Origin: Anthoceros angustus
Lineage: Eukaryota; Plantae; Anthocerotophyta
DNA length: 64,000 nucleotides
Assembly: GCA_010909165.1 (NCBI GenBank)
Contig: MU008157.1
Span: forward strand, 744,001-808,000
Direction: 5' to 3'
How positions within the stretch are numbered: position 1 is the first letter of the stretch; each line of letters begins with the position of its first letter. Made by a program: the position numbers and the translations under genes. The notes below the pieces were generated by a model. The model was not told where the DNA came from and did not search any database. It worked only from the letters and a program-made list of their open reading frames with translations. This document shows, one piece after another, positions 35,901 to 49,000 of this stretch.

Positions 35901-36951
35901 CCAGTCGTAAGTCTAGAACCGCTCTCACGAGAAGCCGAGAAGACTACTGTTGCCTGATCTGGCGGATCCGCAAGAGTGGTGGAAAGCAAGGGAGGGAGCC
36001 TTGAGGTCTCCTTGGAGGGAGTTCCAAGGTCAAGAGGAAGGGGTTGTGAAGCCGGGAGGAGGCTCTTCCTCATTCTCTTGCTAGTCTAGTACTCACCTTG
36101 TGTTTGAGTTTTCGTGTGTTGGAGAGGTGTTTGGAAAGAGGAGAGGGACAAGGGAACTATGGAGAAGTGGAGAATGGACATGGAGAGTTCTTGATTGGCT
36201 GTTTGAGAGGAAAAGAAGGATGGAGAAGTCTGTAAGTGATGTTTGTGTTCTGAAGAGAGATGTGAGTGGAGGTTGAAGATCCGTGAGTGGATGAGATGGA
36301 ATGATTGGGGGAGGTGAACAAGTATTTTGAGAGTTGGTGAAGTTGTAAGGTCTGGATGAGAACCTTGAGGGGTGGAGAGGTGGAGTGGGAGGATTGAATG
36401 GGCGTGAGGTGTGAGAACAAGGGAGTTGAAGAGGGGCTGGGGAAACTTGGAGAGTGTGGTGAGAAGAGGCACCTCAAGGTGAGAGCTGGAAGGTCTGAGC
36501 TGGAAGGTGAGCTGAAAGGCTGAGAGGCAAGGAAGTCAAGAAGTCTGCAAGAGTGAGGGAGTTATGGGCAGAATCACATTGGTGGATCTAACTTTGTGGA
36601 TGAATAAGAGAGAGAGAGAGAGGTCAGCTTATCCACTTGGATCCCGACAGGACCCACCTTCTATTAATAGCCGACTGATCCCAAGGTGGACCCCTCTGCT
36701 AGAAATAGAGGGTTGCTAAGTTAGCAACGGGTCATCCGTTCTAAGGTAGCGTGGCTAAGATAGCAGTCCGAGTGTTGTTAGGGTAGTAGTAGTGCTGCAG
36801 ATGTTTTGGCGTGTCGTGTTTGGTTGGATTGGCTATGTTTTGGTTGTCTTGACACGAAATCACTCCCTTGGGTACGAATCTCAAGTCTACAACGATAAAG
36901 AGGGTAAATGTGGCCTCTTTGTGACCACTTGGTTTAGAAAATCACTCCACA
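29941..36951 (+). repeat. LTR2, shared central LTR (~7.0 kb, expanded by internal duplications)
   Basis: Has TGTGG...CCACA termini, is preceded by a PPT and followed by a PBS. Re-entry junctions at ~33,470 and ~35,360. Confidence 0.88.
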
Positions 36952-37399
36952 TTTTGGCGCCGTTGCGGTGTCATTGTTGTCAAGACCTTAGAGTAGACTA
37001 ACCTTGTCTAGTAGTGTATTGGGAGTCTTGAGTGTGATACATGGATGCTACCCATTGAGTCGAAAGTTCCGACTCCACCGTGAAGAAGACTCAAGAAGAA
37101 GACAACGCTGCCGTGGAGCGAGGCGAAGGGGCACAGGAGGAGAGCGTGCAACGCTGGCAGGGAGGAGCCAAGAAGCAACAGCTGCCTAGGATGACCATCC
37201 TTGTCTTCGACCTCCGTCAACTTGTGCACCGTGAACTCAAGAACTTTTGACAGGCGTTGCTACAGAGATCATAGACCAACAATCAGTTCGATAGTGACGA
37301 CATCATGGCGACTTGCCTTTTGCAATAACTACCAGCCCATACCGTATGGAGAGAAGAAGGGTATGAAGATCCGACGAGTTTGTTGAACGCTTTGAGCAA

Positions 37400-40300
37400 C
37401 TAACCATTGCAAATCAGAATCGTGGATCTGCGGCGCATCTTCTCACGGAGTTCTTCGCGGAGGGCCAGCCAAGTGGTACAAGAGAGTACCTCAAGGCATC
37501 AAGACCCCAAAGAACCTTCAACGAATCAAGAAAGCCTTTTGTGAGAGGTTCAGGGAATAGATGTAGAAGGCTACGTGTTGTCAAAGTTGGAGTTTTTGAG
37601 GAGAAGAAGGAAGGAGACCTTGCAAGCTTATGTTGAGAGGTTTCTTAACTTGCGTGATCGTAGTGGTCCTCACTCGATTTCTGAGCCATTCGGTGGTTTG
37701 CTAAGGTTAGATCCCGAGATGGGCCGACATGTGAGGCACAAGCGGAAAAATAGACAAGGCCATCAAGGCGGCACTCAACTACGAAGAATCCAACTCCTTG
37801 GACAAGAAGAAGCACAAGAAGGAAAAGAGCAAGAAGAAGAAGTCCAAGCGAGGGAAGAAGGACAAGGGATCTTCGTCGGAGGAGAATCTTCGAGGAGAGT
37901 GACTCCTCTCAAGACTCAGACCGGAGGACTCTTCCTGAGGATGGCACGAGGAAGAATCCTCAAGACGAGACGCAGGAAGAAGAAGGTTGATGCGCTAAGA
38001 AACCAGAGGCTCGAGGATCAAGGGAGCTGGCCAGGCTAAACAAGAGGTCGCTAGTGCTAAGAAGGAAGTGGAACAAGTCAAGAGGGAGGCTGCAGTGAAG
38101 GTGCAACAAGAAATGAAGATGGAGGAAATGATGAGCAAATTCGAGAAGTTTCACCTCAACGCCGTGAAGGAGCATGAGAAGAGGAGAGCGCATCCAATGC
38201 TAACTGCTTTGTTCCACTTGTGGCCAGCCAGCCACATAAGTCCAACTCATGTGGCCAAGGTGCACATGCTCGCCACGAGGAGGAGGAAGAGGCGATGGAG
38301 GATACCTACCGGATCCAGGTTTCCAGGACAACGATCTGACCCATCCATCGATGCTGCGAAATTCCATGGGGGTGCATTCGTAACCAAGTGCCTGTGGTTG
38401 CTAACCAACGGTGCGTTCGGCCAACGTAGGGGCTTTGGTCATTATGCAAATAGGTTCATCGCAACAAGACAGCCAATGGTGACTACGAACCGTGTGCCAA
38501 GACGCAAACAACAGGTCATGTGGCCAAGGTGCACATGCTCGCCACGAGGAGGAGGAAGAGGATCGCTGGAGGATACCTACCGGATCCGTGAGGTTTCCAG
38601 GACAAGTACCCCAAGACCGCCCATCCATCGATGCCGAAATTCCATGGGGGCATTCGTAACAACCAAGTGCCTGTGGTTGCTAACCAAGCAACGGTGCGGT
38701 TGGGCTACTAGGGGCTTTGGTCATTATGCAAATAGGCTCATCGCAACAAGACAGCCAATGGTGACTACGAACGTGTGCCAAGGAAGCAAACAACGGTCAT
38801 GTAGCGGGAGTGTCACTTGCCCAAACCGAGGAAGATCGCTCAATTGCTCAACCACCAGCGGGGGTTCGCAAGCGCAAGGCTGGCAGCCATGCACGTGGAG
38901 GATGCCCTTAGCTTTGGGAGGATGCGGAAGCCATGGTGTTACGGGAGCTAGATGGACTGGGGGTGGAGGAGACTACTCAGGCTGCAGCCATGGTCATGCG
39001 AGGAATGAAAAGCTAGGAAGCTGCGGAAGAAGAAAGAGACGGAGGTGCAATCACCAAAGTCAAGAGAGCACTCCAAGCCCTGGAGGGAACGGATCTAGAG
39101 GAGACACTTGAGAAGGAGAACCCGAGAAGGAAGAATCAAGGAGTGAATCGCGGGGCCATGCCGAGAAAAGAAGTTCCAGAAAAGGGAGAGGAAACCCGAG
39201 TTTCCCGGACGTCGCCGGAAGTCATGGAGATGATAGAGGAGGAATTGACCAAGACAAATGGCATGATCCTCGAGACGCAGAAGTCCTCCGGTTAGCAACC
39301 GCCGTTGCTAAGGCGGCTAAGCAAGCAACGCGCGTTGTTGCTAAGCAACCGCGACATCGCTGGGAAGAAGGAGGGATCGAGGACCATTTAACCTTGAAGC
39401 CATCATGGATCGCCATTTGCTATACGTTTGGTCAACTATTGAAGGACAACCAAGCAGCAACAAGTTCGGAGGGCCTTGCAAGAGGCACGCAACCAAGAGG
39501 AAGAGGCGATTGCCCAAGCCAGACCAAGGGTGACTCCCACAACCTAGTGTCCATGATAGACCAAGGCCAGTCGGAGGCCGTAGAGATCGGGGCGCTCAAG
39601 CGGGTTCCCCGGATACCGGATCCGGGGTGAACATCATGACGGAAGCAATAGCAAGGAAGCTTGGGTTGGACATTGAGCATACCACAGGGTCGAGATTCGA
39701 CATGTCAAAAATGCATGGAGAATCAAGGAGTAACCACCATCATAGGGACCATTCCTATCTCATGGACTATGTGGTTATCCGGACAAGGCCAGGTACGACA
39801 TCCTATTGGGAAGGACCTGGGTATGGCTCAAGATGCAAGATGACTTGGGAGGAAGGAAGTGGCTTTTAAGCCAATGGATTGGGACCCCAAGACAAGGAAG
39901 GCGAATTTGTTTGAGTTGGAGCAGGATACCTCACGTGGGGAGACTCCTACAGAACGGAAGGATACACATCACCGGAGAAACATCCGACTGGAGGAAGAAG
40001 GGAACGACAAATTTCCTTTTGCACATATCGCATGGTCGATGAGGAGGAAGAGTATAGGAGGGATATCCCTTACTCCCTCAATTTGGTGGATCGCTTTGGG
40101 TTCATGGAGGACCGGTGGAGAGGCGACAACCGCCTAACAGGCGGTTGCAGGAAGCACCGATTCTCAAAAGCGGTTGCTAAGGAAGCAGGATTGAACAACG
40201 TTGCTAAGGAAGGGGCCCAGATCGACCTGAGGAGGGTGAGCCAGATCATTCGATTCACCTCGAGGACCTATTTAGGGAGTGGGGATGAGGGAAGAGGACC

Positions 40301-42975
40301 CTCGTGAACCGGAGGAAGGGTTTGGTGAGAGTTCAGCACCCGTGGAGCGAGAATGGGTACAAGCGACGAGATTAAGGATGTGGAGGTATTGCCCGAAGGT
40401 CTGAAGTTTGCACGATGGAACCTGATTGGAAGAAGGAATGAAACAGCTCCTTCGAGTTCATCGACGTGTTTGCGAGGTGAATGATATGAAGGGATTCCCA
40501 AGAAGTGGGGAGCATAGGATCGATTTGGAGCCGTGAGCGACTCCGCGGTCCCAATACAAGTCGAACCCAAAGTACTCACAAGGTGAAGGAGCAATTGTAC
40601 TTGAAGGCGACGCCATCTATCCAATCGAACACGGAGTGGTGGCTCCGATCGTGTGGTTCAAGAAGCGGCCGAAAGATTCGAGTATGCCAAGACCGAGGAA
40701 GCTCAACAAAGCAACCAAGAAGGACCATTTCCTCGCCATTCATCGACAACATCCCGGATTTGGTGGTCGGAAGATGTGTACTCGTTCTTGGGCTGCACGG
40801 GTACAATCACCGCACTTGAGGGAGAGTGACTGCCTCTAACCTTCACAACGGATTGGGGACCTTCGCACAAGAGAAGTGCTCGGATTGACGGGCGCCCGTT
40901 CCTTCATGCGGAGCATGGTTGAGATCTTCAAGGAGTATCTCCACAAGTTCATGGAGGTATTCCTAGATGATTTTGTGTGTTTGGGAGTGTGGAGGAGCAC
41001 CGGATCACTTGCGGCGTTGCTTGGCGAGGTGTCGTGAAACTCAACTTTGCCTACATCCCGAGAAATGCTACTTTGGCATGCGGGAGGGATTTTGTTGGGG
41101 CACAAATTTGGGGCATCAAGTTGATCCGCATAAGGTGAAGATGATTGTTGCCCGAAGCTAACTCTCAAGGAACTCCGGGGTTCCTTGGCATGGTGGGCTA
41201 CTACGCTTTGTGCCTAACTTTGCTAGGAGGGCCTCACGACCAGCTTGTTGAGGAAGGACCAAGAGTGGGACGGGCTGAGAGGAGGCAGATTTCAAGATTT
41301 GAGGACCACGTTGGCCAACCCTCAAGGGACCGGATTGGAGCAAGAAGTTCCATGTTTTCGTGGATGTTTCCGCCGCCATTGGTACGCTTGAGATGATAAC
41401 AAAGAGAGACTACCCGATCTACTACTACTAAGGCAACTCACCGATGCGGAGCGCAAGTACACAACAATCGAAAGGGAAGCCCTTGGCATGGTGTATTCAA
41501 GAAGAAAGTTTCGCCATTATCTCCTCTCCTATGAGTTTGTGTTTCATGTTGACCATTTTGCTCTCAAGCATCTTGTCAACAAGGCGGACTATCCGTGCAT
41601 AGCTCGTTGGATCTTCTTGTAAGAGTTCACCTTCACGGTGGAGACACGTGAGGAGGAAGCATGTGAACGCCGACTACTTGTCTCGCTTGAAGACGGAGAA
41701 GGTGGAGCATGATCAAGAAGATCATTTTCCGATGAAGCTTTCTTCTTTGGAGGAGGATGAGGAGAGTGCTAGGCCCAATGCCAAGTTGATCGGAAACGGA
41801 GGTACAGCACCAAATGAGAAGGGAGGGAGAAGTTTTGCAGCCACCTATGAGGAGGTCTTTCGCTTTTAGCAAGTCGATACCTGAATGTGTCACAACAGAG
41901 GTTGTTCCTATACTTCTCCGCACTGTTGCTGTTAAGACAAAATGCAGGTAGGGCCGGATGGAGTTGAGAGGTTGTGGGTCAAGGATGGTCAAAAGGACCG
42001 GGTTCTCGCCGCCTTGCATGAGGAGGAGGCCGGAGGTCACTACGCCAACGTGACTGTAAGAAGATCTTGGAGGTGGTATTGGTGGCCAACCTTGCACGAT
42101 GCTAGGGAGTTCATCAAGCGTTGTGATGCATGTCAAAGGGTTGGGAAGCCAACCAGACCACACAAAGGGCCATTGGTCCCTATCCTAGCCTTGGCGCCTT
42201 TGAGAAGTGGGGATTGACTTACTGCGATTCATCGACCAAGGGGAGAACCAATATATTCGTAGCAACGGACTCACATGGTGGAAGCTCAAGCCTTGCCCGT
42301 GGACACAGAAATGTGGTGGCCAGTTCTTGTTTGAGCATATCATCACAAACGGTGCCCGTTGGAGTTGGTTAGCGAGGTACCCATTTCATCAACGAGGTGA
42401 TCTCACACATGGTGAAGTACTTCAACATCAGCCACCGGAAGACCACCCCTACAACCCCAAGGCGAATGGACTCACGGAGAAAGCTAATGGGTTGCTTTGC
42501 AGATCCTCAACAAGTTAACCATCACTTACACTTACGATTGGGACCAGCTTCACTCACGTTGTGGGCGATGGACAGGAGAAGGTGACCACATGAGACTCCC
42601 TACCTCACCTATGGGCATTCACCACCATGCCCATTGAGTTTGAAGTGCCAACGCTGAGAGTCCAAGAGCATAAGAGGATGACGGTGGAGGAGAGCCATTG
42701 AGAGGCTCATAGGCTTTGTTCAAAGACATGGAGTAGGAACAAGCCTTGGCAGTCCTACGTCAAGAGAAGAGGAAGGAATGGCATGACCTAAGTCGCAAAA
42801 ACAAGAGTACGTTGTTCCGGGACTTGGCGTTCTGTGACACAGTACATGCACTTCCGAAGTCGCATCTTAGATGGATGGGTCCCTGGTGCTGCAGTGTTCG
42901 ACAATGGATCCATATGCAACTGATGGACCCCCAACTGTGGTCAATGGTTGGCGCGTGAAGAAGTATTACCAATAA
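37400..42975 (+). pseudogene. gag-pol copy 2 of the tandem Gypsy
   Basis: Same motifs as copy 1: gag ~37,575; protease ~39,600; RT FLDD ~40,960; RNase H ~41,450; integrase LHEEEAGGHYA..CDAC ~42,010-42,130. Confidence 0.9.
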
Positions 42976-43008
42976 GTTGGCGGGACGCCAACAAATGAGA
43001 AGGGAGTA

Positions 43009-46000
43009 TGTGGTGACCACATGGGTACTCGACCCCTCAAAGGAGTGTTTTTGTTTTGTGTTTAAGTTGTGAGAATCGTGTGGAGTTGGAATGTGAAGTA
43101 GGTTAGGAAATAAGAAAAGTCTACTAGAGCCTAGTAGGAGGAAGAGAGTCTAGTCCCGATCCCGGATGTAACCTTGAGGGTTATTGCTCGGCCGGTTGCT
43201 ACGCGGTGCTAGGGCCGATGCTAAGACTGTTGCTATGACACAACTCGACTGTTGCTATGGTAGCAACCAAGTCGGAGTTATTTTCCGATAAATGGAAAAC
43301 CTAATTGAGCGAAATCATTGGAAATACCCAACGGAAGTAACGGGGTCCTATTAGCAATTTCAAGGGAAGGACAAGGAATATTTAGGTGGCAGCGCCACCT
43401 CAAGCTCGGGCGTGGCCGGAGGCCGGAGGCGGGAGAAGCATGACATCGGCCCCAGCGGGAAGCGCCTCGAGGGCCGAATCGGGTGGTGGGTCCGGCGGAT
43501 CGGTGGCGAGCGAAGCGGGAGGCAGTCTTGAGGGCACGGCAGATTCCAAGCTCTGGAGGAGCCAGTGAGCGAAGACCGTGGGAGCTCGAGCGGCGGAGCA
43601 ATCGAAGCGGTGAGAAGCCCAACAGGGGTGGGGAATAATCGGGCGCGGCTCGAAGGCGGGCGGCGCTCGGGTCGGGTACGTAAGGCGAGAAAGTAGGGCG
43701 GCGTGAGGCCGTGGAATTGCCAGGAAGGAGGTGCACAGGTGGGTGCGGGTGGTGGCACGCACCCTAAGGAGGCTCGGATTAAGGCGGGCGGCGCACTGTG
43801 GGGTCACCGTCAACCACGGTTGCGGATTTTCTCCCACTCACATATTTGAGGCGGGCGATGGAGCGGCGGGGGCGGGCGGCATGTTGTGGTATGGGGGTTC
43901 AAAGTGGTGTCAACAGGGGTGGGTGACAAGCTTTCGGGTCGTAGACACGGCGAGGGGCGGGCCGAGAATAGATGTAGGAGGGAGGTTGGTGGATTCTGGA
44001 GAAAAATCGATGCACTCCGCCCGTGGAGATGGGTGCGAGGAGGTGGCTTACCCCTATCCAAGCGGCCGAGGGTTGAAGAAATTTGGTGAGTCGACCGAAG
44101 GCGACACCGGTAGCTGGAAATCTGCAATGGCGGTGTAGCCGGACACTACTGTAAACTCTGCTCCGTCAGGACAAGGAGCATGGGACCTAAGAAGAACCGT
44201 GGCCATTGAGGCCATTACCCGCAATGGCCCAACATGGGGCACTGGAGAGTGAAAGCGGGTCTTGGTGGCTAAGCATCACTTGTCCTTCATGGACAAAAAG
44301 TGGTGCTACTGAGCCAATTGGTTGAGTGTGCAGACACATGAGGGAGAAGGCCACAGGAAGGCAACACGAGAACCAACCCCGCTGGAATATTCGTTGTTCC
44401 AGTCTCTATGAGAGGCCAAGAGGAATGTGGAATAATCATTGATCCTTTCAGAAGCCATCTCCCAAAAGTGCAGAGGCATGTCGCCATTGCTCCCACATTG
44501 TCTAGGGTGGAGAATGGTGGGTCACCAACAAGTTAGACCACGAGCTGGCCGGATTAGCCAGTGGATCCTGCTCTCTCACTAAGAAGCTAGAGCACATTCG
44601 ACCATTTCTTGTCTTTCTATGAGGTGGTGAGAGGGTCCAAGATAGATTGGGCTAGGATGTTCTATGACACATGCGGTGGAGAGGGACCACTTGACCCTAC
44701 CATCACCATCCTCGCTCTATCTCCCTTCTTAATCCACATTTTGACCATGCCAAGTTCTTTGGAGGATAGAGATGGTCTCACCTTCCATGCCCGGAGGCCG
44801 TGTTTGAAAGAAGGAAGCCCAAAGAGGAGTCGAGGAGGAAGAGAGTCTAGTCCGATCCCGGGGAACCTTGGAGGTTGGTCGGCGGTTGCTACCGGTTGCT
44901 GGGGCGTCTAACAGACTGCTATGACAACACTGGAACTGTTGCTATGGTAGCAACCAAGTCGGAGTTATTTTCCGATAAATGGAAAACCTAATTGAGCGAA
45001 ATCATTGGAAATACCGAGCAAACGGGGTCCTATTAACGATTTCCAAGGGAAGGACAAGGAATATTTGCGGCAGTACGAAGGCGGCGCCACCTCAAGCTCG
45101 GGCGTGGCCGGAGGAGGCGGGAGAACGGCGGGCGCGAGTCACAAGGCGGCGCAGCGCACTCGGAAGAGGGATCGGGTGGAATGGCGGTCGGCGGATGCGG
45201 CGGTGGAGGAAGCGGGAGGCAGTCGAGGCGGCACACTGGCGTGGGAGGAGCAGGCGGCGGACCGTGGAGGAGCTCCGAGGCGCGGCGTGGCGGAAGCAAT
45301 GGGAGCAAGCAGTGGGCACGGAATCATGGGAGTGAATAATCGGGCCGGCTCGGAGAAGGGTGGGCGGCGCTCGGGTGCGCGGAACGAAGAGCGAGAAGAG
45401 TAGGCGTAAGTGAGGGGCCGTGGGAATTGCCGAGGAAGGAGGGCGTGCACGGTGGGGCGAATTGGTGACGCACCTAGGGATTAAGGGGCGGAGGCGCACA
45501 GCTCAACCACGGTTGCAGGATTTTTCCCGACCTCACATATTTGAGGAGGCACTTGAGCGGGAGCGCGGCATGTTGCGAGGTGGAGTAGGGTTCCAATTCG
45601 AGTGTGGGGTATCGTGTGGGTGGTCACGCTTTGTCGTGGAACAGGATCGGGCCGAGCAAGGCCGACATGTGATGTAGGAGGGAGGTTGGTGGATTCGTCG
45701 GAGAAAATGTGGCACTCCGCCGTGGAGATGGTCGAGGCGGCTTCTAGGGGGTCAAGCGGCCAGGTTGAAGAATTTCGAGTGAGTCGACCGAAAAGGCGAC
45801 ACAGTAAGGCTTGTGGGAAATCGCTGGCGGTGTGGCGGACACTCTCAGAACTCTGGGCTCGCGTCACGACAAGGAGCATGGGACCTAAGAAGAACACTCC
45901 GTGGCCATTGAGGCCATTACCACTTGGCCCAACATGGGGCACTGGAGAGTGAAAGCGGTTCTTGGTGGCTAAGCATCACTTGTCCTTCATGGACAAAAAG

Positions 46001-49000
46001 TGGTGCTACAATGCCGTTGGTTGGGGAATGTGCAGATACATGAGGGAGAAGGCCACAGGAAGGCAACACGAGAACCAACCCCGCTGGAATATTCGTTGTT
46101 CCAGTCTATGAGAGGCAAGGAATGTGGTGGAATAATCATTGATCCTTTCGAGCCATCTCCCAAAAGTCAGGAGGCACAAGCGCCATTGCTCCCACATTGT
46201 CTAGGGTGGAGAATGGTGGGTCACCAAGTTAGACCGAGCTGGCCGGATTAGCCAGTGGATCCTGCTCTCAGCTCACTAAGAAGCTAGAGCACATTCGACC
46301 ATTTCTTGTCTTTCTCTATGAGGTGGTGAGAGGGTCCAAGATAGATTGGGCTAGGATGTTCTATGACACATGCGGGAGAGGGACCACTTGACCCTACCAT
46401 CACCCTCCTCTATCTCCCTTCTTAATCCACATTTTGACCATGCCAAGTTCTTTGGAGGGATAGAGATGGTCTCACCTTCCATGCCCGGAGGCCGTGTTTG
46501 AAAGAAGGAAGCCCAAAGAGGAGTCGAGGAAGAGGCCATCTCCGGTGCACGGGAGTGAAGATGAGAAGTCAAGTGTCCATGAAGAGGAATGTGGCGGTTA
46601 AGGCATCACCACGGTTGCTAACAAAGCAACTGAGTTGCTAAGACCCCAACAGCACCAAGAGAGGTCGGCCGAGCAAGGGGACTCCAACCACTCCTAGAGC
46701 CACAAGAGCACGCGGAACTCACACAGACAAGGGACAAGGAAAGGCCGGCACAGCGAGCAGTGGCGAAGCCACAGTCAAGGAGGAATCGGCCCAACCTTGG
46801 GCACGGCCGTGACCCGAAAGTCACTACTGCTCAAAGGGTGACCCTCAAGTATACCCCGGAAGTGGTCGGGAGAGTCGGGCCCGGATAGGAAGGAGGGAAC
46901 CCATCCCCAGAGGTTTGGGGCCTAACATCACCACAAGAGTCTCGGCTATGGCACGCACTAGGTGAGATGGAGGACCGGATAGCTCTGGTCCTCTCTTTGT
47001 TAGGTTCTGTAGAGGGGAACAACAGGGGAGGCGGTGAAGGAGCTCCGTGCGGCGGGCAATCGGGAGCAAGCAGTGGGCATGTAAAATCGCCCAGGGGGTG
47101 GGGAATAATCGCGGCTCACAGAAGGGTGGGCGGCTCGGGCGTGGTGGCGAAGGCAGAAAGAGTGAGCGGGCGTAAGTGGGCCGTGGGAATTGCAGTGGGA
47201 AGGAGGAGGCGTGCAGGGGGTGCGGTGGTGGCACGCACCCTAAGGGGCGATTAAGGAGAGCGCACAGTCAGCCACAGTGCAGGATTTTTCCCCGGACCTC
47301 ACATATTTGAGGGCGATTGGCTTGAGCGGGGCGGGCGGCATGTTGTGACTGGAGTAGGGGAATTCCGGGGTGGTGTCAATCCGGGTCGTGTGGGTGGTCG
47401 ACGCTTTCGTCGTGGAAGATACTGCCGAGGGCAAGGCGCATGTGATGTAGGAGGGAGGTTGGTGGATTCGAGGAGAAAAATCGTCAGGGGCACTCCGCCC
47501 GTGGAGATGTGGAGGAGCCAGGATCCTTCTCAGCGGCCAGGAAGAAATTTTGAGGAGTCGACCGAAAGGCGAGGCCTGAAGGCTTGTGGAGAATCGCAAT
47601 GGCGGTGTAGCCGGACACTTTACGCGAACTCTAGGCTCGCGTCACAGACAAGGAGCATGGGACCTAAGAAGAATCCGGTGGCCATTGAGGCCATTACACT
47701 CAATGGCCCAACATGGGGACGGAGAGTGAAAGCGGTTCTTGGTGGCTAAGCATCACTTGTCCTTCATGGACAAAAAGTGGTGCTACAATAGCCGTTGGTT
47801 GGAATGCAGATACATGAGGGAGAAGGCCACAGGAAGGCAACGAGAACCAACCCCGCTGGAATATTCGTTGTTCCAGCTCTATGAGAGGCTGAAGGAATGT
47901 GGAATAATCATTGATCCTTTCGAGCCATCTCCCAAAAGGCAGGAGGCACAAGGCCATTGCTCCCACATTGTCTAGGGTGGAGAATGGTGGGTCACCAAGT
48001 TAGACCACAGTTGGCGGATTAGCCAGTGGATCCTGTGCTCTCAGCTCACTAAGAAGCTAGAGCACATTCTTGACCATTTCTTGTCTTTCTCTATGAGGTG
48101 GTGAGAGGGTCCAAGATAGATTGGGCTAGGATGTTCTATGACACAAGATGCGGGGAGAGGGACCACTTGACCCTACCATCACCTGCCCTCGCTCTATCTC
48201 CCTTCTTAATCCACATTTTGACCATGCCAAGTTCTTTGGAGGATAGAGATGGTCTCACCTTCCATGCCCGGAGGTGTTTGAAAGAAGGAAGCCCAAAGAG
48301 GAGTCGAGGAAGAGGCCATCTCCGGTGGCAGGAGTGAAGATGAGAAGTCAAGTGTCCATGAAGAGGAATGTGGCGATTGCTAAGGCATCGGCCAGTTGCT
48401 AACAAAGCTGGAGTTGCTAAGACCCCACACCAAGAGAGGTCGGGAGCAACAGGGACTCCAACCACTCCTAGAGCCACAAGAGCACGCCGGGAGCTCACAG
48501 GAGGCAGGATAAAGGAAAGGCCAGGCGGCACATTCAGGAGTGGTGAAGCCACTGGTCAGCAGGAGGAATCGGCCCAACCTTGGGCACGGCCGTGACCGAG
48601 AAAGTCACTACTGCTCAAAGGGTGACCCTCAAGTATACCCGGAAGTGGTCGGGAGAGTCGATTCGCCGGATAGGAAGGAGGGAACCCATCCCGAGGTTTG
48701 GGGCCTAACATCACCCGGTCTCGCAACACGCACCAGGTGAGATGGAGGACAGATAGCTCGGTCCTCTCTTTGTTAGGTTTACTGGTGAGGGGAACAACAG
48801 GAGAGCGGTGAGCTCAGAATGAAGCAGGAGAAGGAGGTCTTGAGGGACGCCTAGGTAGCATGGAAGCGGAATTAAGAAGGTCCGAGAAGAGTTGCAGAAG
48901 ACCAAGGATCGAAACCTCATGGTTCGGCTCTCGGACAAAGCACCATAGGGAGCCGCAGAATGTCATCTCGGATGCAAGTTCAGACCGGATGCCCTCGGGC